Assembly (NCBI GenBank): GCA_963750165.1
Contig: CAVVPN010000012.1
Location: forward strand, 512,001-576,000
Source of the DNA: an uncultured Gemmataceae bacterium
GTDB lineage: Bacteria; Planctomycetota; Planctomycetia; Gemmatales; Gemmataceae
Direction of reading: 5' to 3'
Length of the DNA: 64,000 bases
The position numbers and the translations under genes are program-made. Under the pieces are notes generated by a model. The model saw only the letters and a list, made by a program, of their open reading frames with translations, was not told the DNA's origin and searched no databases. Of this stretch, positions 40,189 to 50,100 are shown in pieces (the stretch's first letter is position 1; each line of letters opens with the position of its first letter).

Positions 40189-41832
40189 GTGCCCGACCGC
40201 CGACTGCTCCTGTTGCCGTTGCTCGCCGTGGTGCCGCTGCTGCCGCTGTTCGGCGCCGACGAGGCCGAGCAGCGCCGCGCCCTGGACAAGATGCGCACCG
40301 CCAACCCCGCGCAGTTCGCCCGGCTCCGTCAGGAAGCGCGTGCCTTCCTGGCCCTGCCGGCCATCCGCCGCGAACGCCTGCTCAAGCTCGAACGCGACCT
40401 GCACGAGCAGCCCTCGTCCGTGCAGAAGCACCTGTTCGAGGTGATGCAGCGCTACGCCGACTGGCTGGAACAGCTGCCCGAGGACCAGCGCCAGGAGGTG
40501 CTGAAAACGCGGGACCAGAAGCAGCGTTTGGAACTGATCCGCCGGTTGCGCGAACAGCAGTGGCTGCGGTCGCAGCCGAAGCGGGTGCAGGTGCAGGCGG
40601 AGCAGTTGCGCCGGGCAAAGCCGCTGGCGGCGCTGACGCGCATTCTGGGGCAGTTCGCGGCGCCGCGCAACGTGGCACCGCTGACGGGCCTGGCGGCGCT
40701 GCTGGCACCGCGGCTGGAACCAACCGCCGACTTCCTCGCGCGCGTCAAGCGCGAGGAGCAACGCCGCCGTCAGGACTGGCGGATCGCCGCCCGCCACTGG
40801 GGCGACCTGGTTGAGCACCCGCCCAAGGAGGGCCTGCCCAACCGCCCCGGCCACTTCGGCAAGGACGTGGAGGAGTACGTCACCCGCTATCTGCGCTACC
40901 TGGTTTCGCGGGAGGAGTGGGCGCGGCTGGAGGCGGCGGCGGGCCAGTGGCCGGAGTACCCGTATCTGCTCGTGGAACTGGCGGATCGCTACCCGCCGGC
41001 GCTGCCGGGGCCGCGCGGCATCGACACTGCCGCGAAACTGCCGAAGGCGGTCAAGGATCGGCTGGCGACAGGGTTCTTCCCCAAAAAGCTCGTCAAGGGG
41101 ATCGACACGGTGCTGCACAACCGCTTCAAGGCGGCGGAGGGCTCGAACAAGTGGCCGAAGTTCGGCACCGCGGTGGCGGAGTTCGCGGCGCTGAAGAACA
41201 TCACCCTGCCCGGCGAACTGTGGCCGACCAAGCCGCGCGACCTGTCGCCGAAGATGCAGACGTTCGTCAAGGAGACGCTGCCACCATTGCTGACGCGCGA
41301 CGAGGCCCGCGACCTGAAGGACGCCGAGGGCAGCTGGCCGACTTACCCGGTGAAGATTCAGCAGCTGGCGACCAAGTACCACCTGCGGCCGCCGTGGCAG
41401 ACGTTGCCGGGGCCTCGCGAGCGCTGGGACGCCTACCGCGTCCGCCGGCAGGCAGCGCTGGACGGCCTGCCCGAGCTGCCGCGGCCGACGTTGCGCGACT
41501 TCGCCCTGCTGGAACTGACGCCACAGGAGCGGGCCGCACTGAACCTGTCGGTGCATGACCCGGCCAGCTGGCATCGGCTAACCGCCCGCTACTTCCAGGA
41601 GAAGCCCGGCGAGTTGCGGCGACTGCGGCTGGTGGACGCGCAGCACTTCCTCAAGCACGTGCCGCGCGGCCGCTACGCGCCTGGCGGCAAGCAAGCAATT
41701 CCCCCTACCCACCCTGTCCCGCGAACCAGTTTCCCACGGCGACGCACCCGCCGGCCCTCGGCACTTGCCAGAAAAATTGTCAGAAACTGGTCGATTCCCC
41801 TTGAGGCGCCTGCGCGGCGTCCTATAAATTGA
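40189..41832 (+). CDS. Exported helical protein (DUF3106-like) in the ECF operon
   Basis: Signal peptide; WLEQLPEDQR / LTPQER helical repeats; 3' end uncertain. Confidence 0.65.
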   Translation: MPDRRLLLLPLLAVVPLLPLFGADEAEQRRALDKMRTANPAQFARLRQEARAFLALPAIRRERLLKLERDLHEQPSSVQKHLFEVMQRYADWLEQLPEDQRQEVLKTRDQKQRLELIRRLREQQWLRSQPKRVQVQAEQLRRAKPLAALTRILGQFAAPRNVAPLTGLAALLAPRLEPTADFLARVKREEQRRRQDWRIAARHWGDLVEHPPKEGLPNRPGHFGKDVEEYVTRYLRYLVSREEWARLEAAAGQWPEYPYLLVELADRYPPALPGPRGIDTAAKLPKAVKDRLATGFFPKKLVKGIDTVLHNRFKAAEGSNKWPKFGTAVAEFAALKNITLPGELWPTKPRDLSPKMQTFVKETLPPLLTRDEARDLKDAEGSWPTYPVKIQQLATKYHLRPPWQTLPGPRERWDAYRVRRQAALDGLPELPRPTLRDFALLELTPQERAALNLSVHDPASWHRLTARYFQEKPGELRRLRLVDAQHFLKHVPRGRYAPGGKQAIPPTHPVPRTSFPRRRTRRPSALARKIVRNWSIPLEAPARRPIN

Positions 41833-41918
41833 ATTAACCGATTATCAATTGTTTATGCGTTGATTGATCGGCCCCACCGCCCCGTTGTTTTCCTCTCCTT
41901 TTCCCTCCGGAGGCCGGA

Positions 41919-42815
41919 ATGGTCGGTTTCACTCTCCCGCGGAAGCGCCAGGGCTTTACGCTGATCGAATTGTTGGTGGTGATCGCGATTATCGCCATCC
42001 TGATCGGGCTGCTCCTGCCCGCCGTGCAAAAGGTCCGCGAGGCCGCCGCCCGCACGCAGTGCCAGAACAACCTCAAGCAGATCGGCGTCGGCATGCACAA
42101 CTATCACAACGTCTACAAGAAGTTGCCGCAGGGCTGGGCCGTCAGCCCGATCAACGCCCCCAGTCCGGGTTGGGGCTGGGGCTCCATCATCCTGCCCTTC
42201 ATCGAACAGGAGAACCTGTACAACCTGCTGGGGGTGGACCCCACCGGCAACACGGCCATGCCGGCGGCCGCCGCCAACGTCGCCCTCACCACGTCGCTGT
42301 CCGTGTACCTCTGTCCGTCAGACCCCGCCGGCCAGCAGCAGGTCAACAACGCGCTGAACAGTTATGGCTTCAGCAACTACGTGTGCAACCGCGAGGTGCT
42401 CGGCCCGAACTCGTCCACGCAACCGGCGAACCTGGCCGTGCAGAACATCCGCGACGGCTCCAGCAACACCCTGTTGATCGGCGAACGCAACGGTACGAAC
42501 AACATCGCCGCCGTCTGGCCGGGCCACGCCCCTCAGACCACGGCGAGCTTCGAGGGCCGCCCCGGCTCGGGCATCAACGTCCTGAACCCCGGCGGCCCGA
42601 CCGGCACGGGCAACGCCCAGCGCCTGGAATACTCCAGCATGCACAGCGGCGGCGTCAACGTCCTGTTCGCCGACGGCTCGATCCATTTCATGCCGAACAG
42701 CACCCCGGCGGACCCGAGCGACGTCTGGACGAACTTCCCGGCGAATTTCAGCAATTTCACGCTGCAAAACCTGACGCACCCGAACGACGGCTACCCCGTC
42801 TACGTGGACTTTTGA
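41919..42815 (+). CDS. DUF1559 prepilin-type protein
   Basis: GFTLIELLVVIAIIAILIGLLLPAVQKVREAAAR...CQNNLKQ; HSGGVNVLFADGS (H-X9-DG). Confidence 0.95.
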   Translation: MVGFTLPRKRQGFTLIELLVVIAIIAILIGLLLPAVQKVREAAARTQCQNNLKQIGVGMHNYHNVYKKLPQGWAVSPINAPSPGWGWGSIILPFIEQENLYNLLGVDPTGNTAMPAAAANVALTTSLSVYLCPSDPAGQQQVNNALNSYGFSNYVCNREVLGPNSSTQPANLAVQNIRDGSSNTLLIGERNGTNNIAAVWPGHAPQTTASFEGRPGSGINVLNPGGPTGTGNAQRLEYSSMHSGGVNVLFADGSIHFMPNSTPADPSDVWTNFPANFSNFTLQNLTHPNDGYPVYVDF

Positions 42816-42864
42816 CCCCACGGCCCCCGGGTGCGGCGGCGCACGCCCATCCGGGGCCCGCTCG

Positions 42865-43329
42865 ATGATCGCGAGGCACGGCTTTATGCATTGGACCCGA
42901 TTTTGGCGGCCCGGGGCGCTGGCCCTGGGGCTGGCGTTCGCCCTGGGTTTGTTGGCCGGCTGTGGCGGCGCGGATGGCGACCGGATTCCCGTGCAAGGCA
43001 CCGTCACCTTCGACGGCCAGCCGGTGGACGGCGGTTCCATCGCGTTCCTGCCCGAGAACAGTGATGCGAAGGCCGTCAAGGTGGGTGGCCCGATTGAGAA
43101 CGGCAAGTATGAGTTGAAGGGTGCAAAGGCCCCCGCCCCGGGCAAGCACCGCGTCGAGATTTTCTGGCACAAGAAGACCGGCAAGCAGATCGTGTCGCCC
43201 AACGACCCGCCCAACAAGGTGGACGAGACAAAGCAGGTCATCCCGGCGCAGTACAACACGAAAACCACCCTGACCGCGAACGTGGAGCCCGGGCACACCA
43301 CCTTCGATTTCGACCTCAAAAAGAAGTAA
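42865..43329 (+). CDS. Planctomycete lipoprotein partner of DUF1559 (carboxypeptidase-regulatory-like fold)
   Basis: LAGC lipobox, VQGTVTFDGQP, IPAQYN...FDFDL. Confidence 0.88.
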   Translation: MIARHGFMHWTRFWRPGALALGLAFALGLLAGCGGADGDRIPVQGTVTFDGQPVDGGSIAFLPENSDAKAVKVGGPIENGKYELKGAKAPAPGKHRVEIFWHKKTGKQIVSPNDPPNKVDETKQVIPAQYNTKTTLTANVEPGHTTFDFDLKKK

Positions 43330-43345
43330 TTCGCGTAACTCCTCG

Positions 43346-43398
43346 AAACGCCAGGGGCCTCACGCGGTTCGGAAACCGCATGAGGCCCCTGGCGTTTT
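43346..43398. terminator. Bidirectional intrinsic terminator
   Basis: aaacgccaggggcctcacgcggtt-cgga-aaccgcatgaggcccctggcgtttt between convergent genes. Confidence 0.75.
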
Positions 43399-43416
43399 CG
43401 GTAGTCGGGGGGAGGG

Positions 43417-44103
43417 TCACCCGGCGGCAATCGCCAGCTGCCCCTGCTTGCGAGACCAGCGGCGGCGCAGCACCACGCCAGCACCGAGGCCCGCCGCGAG
43501 CAGGCTGCCCAGCAGCAGCGTGTCCGGCTCGGGCACGGCGCTGGTGGTGGTGATGGTCGCGCTGGAGTTGGCGATCATGCTGTCCAGCACCGTGTGGTCG
43601 CCCAGCACGTTGTTGTCGAATCCCGAGTGCGCCTCCGCCGTCAGCGTCAGCGTCGAGCCCGCCGACACCCCGGTGAAGGTGAACGTTCCCAGCAGCACCG
43701 CCCCCGCGGTCGTGCCGGTCGTCGGCGCGAACACCGACGCGCTGAACACCTGCTGCTCGCTCAGGCTGGCCGTGCCCATCGGGTCTGGCTGGATCACCAC
43801 GCTCGTCTGGGCCGTGTCGAACGCCGAGTTCGGCGTGATCGCCGCCTGGTTCGCCACCGTCGCCACCGTCGGGTCGTAGCTCAGGGCCACGCCGCCCGCC
43901 GACAGCCCGACGGATGTCAGTCCCGTGCTGCCGTTCGTCTGCGCCAGGTAGACCTGGACGTTCACCGTCGCGCCTTGCGCGACCGTGAAACTGTTTGTGA
44001 ACGTGCTGGTGTTGGGATCGTAGAACGTGAAGGCGTAGTCGGCGGCGGCACGGCCTGGCAGGAGGGCCAGCACCGCGGCCACGATTGCGGAGCGAATGCG
44101 CAT
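43417..44103 (-). CDS. PEP-CTERM protein with cohesin-like domain
   Basis: Signal peptide; VAQGATVNVQVYL...LSYDPTV...LLGTFTF beta-sandwich; VPEP + TM + RRR. Confidence 0.85.
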   Translation of the reverse strand: MRIRSAIVAAVLALLPGRAAADYAFTFYDPNTSTFTNSFTVAQGATVNVQVYLAQTNGSTGLTSVGLSAGGVALSYDPTVATVANQAAITPNSAFDTAQTSVVIQPDPMGTASLSEQQVFSASVFAPTTGTTAGAVLLGTFTFTGVSAGSTLTLTAEAHSGFDNNVLGDHTVLDSMIANSSATITTTSAVPEPDTLLLGSLLAAGLGAGVVLRRRWSRKQGQLAIAAG

Positions 44104-44197
44104 CGGAGGTGTCCTCAGAGAGTAATGGCGTATCCTGGTCAAGGAACCCGCCCCGGGACACTAACGCCCGGGGCGGAGCTCACGAAGCACGCGCAGC

Positions 44198-47100
44198 TCA
44201 CGCGGGCATCTGCGTGAACAGGCGGTTAATCAGCTGGGTCTGCTCAAGCGTGTTGCCCACGTCGATGTTGCCGTCCTCGTTGTAGTCCAGATACCACTGG
44301 TACGAGTTCAGCGTCGCCGCCGCCCCCGTCGGGTTGGTTACCGCCGTCAGGCCGCTCGTCGGCGCCATGTACGTGAACGTGTTGCCGTTCACCGACAGGA
44401 TCACGAACGAGCCGTTGTACCCCGCCGGCAGACCCACGATATTCACGATCTCGCCCATCAGGAAACCACTCGGCCCGTTGGTCGTGATCGTCACCGTGTT
44501 GTTCGACTCGCTCGCCGCCAGGATCCCCGCCGTCATCCCACTGGTTTCCTGGGTCACGCCGTTCACCGTGCGGAAGTTCGTCGTGTCCACACCATCCACC
44601 TGCCGCCGCCCCTCCGTGTCGCCGAACAGCCGCCAGAACTCGTCCACCTGGTTGACACCGTTGCCGTTGAGGTTGCCGGTCCCGCTTGTCGTGCTGCCGC
44701 TCATGCCGTTTTTGGCACCGTCCAGCAGCACCGCACTATTGCTGGCGGCGCTGATGTCGGCCACCTTCGTGTTCAGGAAGTAGTTGCCGTCCACCAGCCC
44801 GACCGTCAGCGTGTTGCCGAACTGGTCCAGGTACGGCGTGATGAAGTTGAACGTGTGCGTCGCGTCGGCGTTGAAGGTGACGAACAGTTGCGTCGCCCCG
44901 CTGTCCGGCACCGGGCCGCTGGCCCCCTCCGTGGTCGCCCCGGTGCCCGGGTCGCTGACGTTGATGCTCAGCGGGTTGCCCGACGCATCCTTGAGCACGA
45001 AGTCGCTCGCCAGATCGACGATGTTCACCGGCGTGCTGAACGTCAGCGTCAGCTCCGCCACCTGCGAGTGCTGGTTGGAACTGTCGTCGTTCACCGCCAC
45101 CGTCAACTGCGGCGCCCAGTCGTTCGGCCCGCCGATGCTGTTCAGCGGCTGCCCCGCGAACGCCGTGCTGTTCGGGCTCCCCAGGAAGAACATGCCGCTG
45201 CTCGGCGTGCCGGTGACCACGCTGCCCAGCCAGTCGGCGCCGCTGCTGCCGGTGTTCTGGGCGATGCGGCCCACGTAGTTCGCCACCCAGGTGCCGGTGT
45301 TCACCACGTTCGAGCCCGCCAGCGTCGTGCCGGTCGCCCCCGTCGGCTTGAAGGTGATCGCCGCGTACGCGTGGCTGGTGCTGGCGCTGTCCAGGATGCC
45401 CACCGAGTCCAGCACGTTCCAGCCGTTGTACGCCGATGTCTGGTTGCTCGGGTTGCCAGTGTTGGCCGGATCAATGTTCGTCGTCGTCGTCGGCGCCGTC
45501 GGCGTCTGAATGAGCAGGAAGCTCTCCGCCCCCGTCAGGAGGATGTCGGTGGCCAGCTGGCCGCTCGGCCGGGTGCTGCCGGTATGCACGCCAGTGACCG
45601 TGCCGAACTTGCTCGTGTTACCGCTGCCGAACCCGGCCCCCGTACCGCTGTTGTCCAGCTGGTTGCCACCGGCCACCTCGTAACCGCCGCTGCTGTACTT
45701 CTCGCTCTTCTGCAGCAGCGCCAGGTAGCCGTTGCTGCCGGTCGTGAAACCGCTCAGGTTGAAGATGTCGGCCAGCACACCCGCAGCCGGCGTGCTGCCC
45801 GAGACCCCGTTGATGCCCGTCAGGTACACGCCCGTCGGGATGGTGTAGCTGGGCACCGTCGAGAAGACCTCAATGTACTGGCTGGGGTTGGTCGTGTTGC
45901 CCTTGAGCGTGTCGATCTCACTCAGGAACAGGCCGACCACGGTGATGCTCGTGGAGCGGACATCCGTCAGCGAACCGCCGTAGCCGCTGTTGCCGTTGTC
46001 GGTGGTGCTCACCGTCAGCGTCGCCGTGCCGAAGAAGCCGGGGCCCGGCGTGTACACCAGGCTGCTGAGCGTGGTCGTGATGTCGCTCGGGCTGCCGGTG
46101 ATGACCAGCGGCTGCGTGCCGCCGCCGCTGACCATGGCCTGGCCGCTGGCCGCTGCCGTCAGCGTGCCCACCGGGCCGCTCGAGGTGCCCGCCGGCGAAC
46201 CGGTCAGGGTCAGCGTCGTCGTCTCGGGGGAGCCGCTCGCGGTGTAGTCGCTGTCAGTCACGATGATGGCGTCGCCAGTGGCCGACGAGAAGGCCACGGT
46301 GTTGGGCGTAACCGTCTGCAGGCCGGCGTGGGCCGCCGGGTTGAACAGCGCCTCCGGGATGACCGCCGGCACCGGCAGGCTGGCGTAGGGCGGCTGGTTG
46401 GGCTGCACCACGATGTTGAGGTTGCCATCCACGCCGGTCACGAACACGGGGTTGCTGCCGGTGCCCTGCGGCGCCGGCGTCAGCGTGATGGCGCCGTTGT
46501 CGTCGTAAACCGCGGTCGTGGTCGTGGTGTTGTTGCTGTCGGTGTAGGACTGCAGGATGTACAGCGGGATGCTACCGCTGGCCGAGCCATTGACCGCGAA
46601 GGTGATCTGCAGCACTGCCCCGACCTGGCCGCCGCTGACCGCCGCCTCGTTGGCGGTGAACTCGCTGGTGCGCAGCACGCCGTTGGTGTTATCCACGTTG
46701 GTGGTCAGGCTGAAGCCCGTCAGCAGGCTGCCGACGGTGACGTTGGTGACCTGCAGCAGCAGCGGGTTGAACTTGATGGCGTTATCGACGGCGGCGATGT
46801 CGAAGGGGACCGGGCCGTTGCTGAAGTTGATGGGGATGGTAACGGTGCCGCCGGCCGTGGCCGTGGTGTTGGCCGGGAAGCCCTCGGTGCCGCTGTGGCC
46901 GACGACGCTGAAGTAGTTGTCCACGTTGGTGACGAAGGGGCTGACGGTGCTGCCGCTCAGGGGCAGGGTGCTGGGGTTCTGCGGCGCCGGCCCGAGCGTC
47001 AGGGCGCTGGTGGCGTTGTAGACGGCGGTGGTGGTGCTGGTGTTGTTGGCGTCGGTGTAGCTGGCGGCCAGCTTGAGCGGCGAGGGGCCGAGTGGGGCGC

Positions 47101-50100
47101 TGCTGTTGACGGTGAAGTCGAGGAGCAGGACATCGCCGTCGGTGGGGTTGGGAGCCTGCGCCGGGTTGGCGGTGAACTCGCTGACGCGGATGACGCCGTG
47201 GACGGCATCCACGTTGGTGGTGACGCTGAAGCCCGGCAGCAGTGAGCCGGCGCGGATGTTGGAGACCGTGAATTTGCTGGGGTCGTACTCGATGACCGAG
47301 TCGATGGCATCGATCTCGGTGCTGGGATCGGCACCGGAGACGTTGAAGCGTTCCTGAACGGTAACGGTCTGGCCGTCGCCACCGGTGGCGGCGGCGAGGT
47401 AGAGCCGGGGGTCGGGGCCGAGCGGGCCGGTGATGGTGAAGCCGGTGGGCGGTTGGGGAATGACGCTGGGGAAGGAGCCGACGGCGGCCTTATCGACATC
47501 GGCGGCGTCGAGGCCGGTGACGCCCAGGGTGCCACTGGCGGTGACGCTGCCGATGATCCAGGGATCGAGATCCTTGAAGACGCTGAAGCCGGTGCCCTGA
47601 CCGACGCTGACCCGGTCGATGAGGGAGGCGTCCAGGCCGGTGTAGGTGTGGGAGCCATCGATATCGCCCTGGTAGGCGTTGACATCGATGGCGTCATCGC
47701 CCTGGGCCGCGGTGCCGTTGAGGACGACGCTCTGAGTGGCGAGCAGGGCCTTGTCGGTGTAGGGGGCGTTCTGGGGCACGGTGGCGGTGAGGGTGAGCAG
47801 GGTGCCGGTGCCGCCGCTGGGGTTCCAGTGGCCGCCGCCGCTGCCGCCGATGATGGTGAAGGTGATCAGCATGTGGTGGGCGTCGATGCTGGTGAAGCTG
47901 ATCGGGTTGAGGACGAGGTTGCCGTTGGTGGCGGCGTCGGTCGAGAGGGTGGCCGCCGTCACGCTGAGGAGGGTCGGGTCATAGGTCAGGGTGAAGGAGA
48001 GGGACTGGACGGCGGAGGTGATGCCGCTCAGGGTGATGGGCAGTCCGGTGCTGGAGTTGGGGATGTTGACGGTCTGGCCGGGCCCGCGGGCGACGAAAGC
48101 GGCGGTGACCACCGGGGTGACGAGCGGGCTGGCGACGGTGAGGGGCTGGCTGTAATTGCTGGCGAGGGTGGCCCCGCCGACGGCCTTGACGGAGTTGGTG
48201 ACGGCGACGGTGTAGTTGCCGGGAGCCAGTTCGCCCGCGGTGGCGACGAAAGTGGCGACGTTGGGATGGGTGGCGTCGATGAGCAGCGAGCCCTTGACGC
48301 TGCCGCCCGGGCCGGTCAGGGTGATGTTCGGCGCCACGGCGGTGGCGCCGGGGCTGTAGAACAGCTGGGTGGTGTTGGGATCGACGGGGCCGTCGAAGAC
48401 CAGCTGGACGTAGTTGCCCGCGAGAGTCGCCGAGTCTACCTGGAAGGTGGCGGTGACCACCTGGCTGACCGTGCCCGAGCCGCTGGCGGCGAAGTTCCCC
48501 TGCTGGGCGAAGTTGGCGGAGATGGGGTGCGTGCCGACGGTCAGCACGGCGGCGCTGCTGAGGGTGATGGTGGCGTTGCCGCTGGCGTCCAGGGTGCCGG
48601 TGGCGCCGCTGATGGCGACGCCGTTGTCCGACAGGGACACCGTGTCGCCGGCGACCGAGCCGCTGGCGGGCGCGACGTGGACCAGGAACGACACCGGCTG
48701 CACCGTGCTGCCGAAGTTGAGCGACGGGTTCGGGCCGTTGTCGGTGATGGTCGTGGTCGTCGAGACGGTTGAGCCGGTTGAGACGGTCAGCACAACGTCA
48801 TGGCCGCTGGTGCCGCCCGCGTAAGAGATGCTGAACGTCGTGCCGCCAACCGTGATGGTGCTTCCCTGGGAGAAGGTACCGGTGATGGCCGACCCGCCAT
48901 TATTGACAAGGATGTCAAAAGTGGTGCCTGGGGCTGGTGTAAAACCGCTGCCGAGCGAAAGGTCGAGGGAAGAACCCGCCAAGTTGACGGCGCCGGTGGC
49001 CGTCACCTGGTCGTAGCCGGTTCCCGCGGTCGTCCCGTTCAGCAGCACATTGAGCGTGCCACCCGAGCCGAACGACAGGTTGCCGACGGTCAAGGAGCCG
49101 GTGCTCGCGGCCGTCGTATCGCCGGCAATCAAGGCGCCGGTGACGGCGACCGGGGCTGAGATCGTGCCCGTGCCTCCCAGAGTTGCGGCGGCCGCGACGG
49201 AGGTGGAGCTGGTAATGCTGCCGTCCACCAGGAGCCGACCCGCGCTGACCGTGGTTGCCCCGGTGTAGGTGTCAACCCCGGTCAGAATCGTGGTGCCGGT
49301 GCCTGCCTGAATAACTTGCCCCGGAGAGCCGCCGAAGACCTGGGGACCGAAGTTCACGGTGGCCCCGGCGACAAATTCACCAACGCCGCCGTTGACGCCC
49401 GCCCCGTAGTAATTGTTGGGGCCGACAACCGTGGTGCTCGGGGTGTAACCGAGCGGGAAGAGGTTGAACGTGTCCGAACTGACGGGGTAATGACCCGTCG
49501 ATGACACGGGCGTGTTGATGACGGTGTACGTAAAGCTCGGACCGGTGGCCGAATAGGTGTAGTGGGTCACCTGCAAGATCGGGGCCACGGTCCAGGTCGC
49601 CTGGTTGCCCAGGGAATCTGTAAAGGAGGTGTTGGTGACCACCAGGACGTCGCCGACGGCGTAACCGCCGCCGTTGACGATGGCCGCGTCCGGTGACAGG
49701 TTGCTGCTCGCATTGTCCGGCACGGAGGTTTGCAGCGCCTGCCAGGACAGGATGGCCCCGCTGCCGCCCGACCCGTCCACCGGGGCGACGTAGAACAGCG
49801 TGGCCGGGTTCCATTTCGTGTAGCTGCCCGCGGTCGTGACGTTGACGGCCAGGATCGCGCCCGAGCCATCGACCGCGGTCACGGTGAGGGTGGCCGCCGT
49901 TCCGACCGGGGTGATCCCGGCCGGCGCGCTCAAGGTCAACACGTCGCCGATGTGGTAGCCGCTGCCGCCGGTTCCGCTCACGAGCGTGGCGGTGCCGATG
50001 CCGGTCGCGAAGTTGATCGGATACGATGTGGCACTGGGGTTAAGGGGATCGTTCATGGTCAGATTGAACAGCGGGTTCCCGGTGCCGCTGCCGCCGGTGA

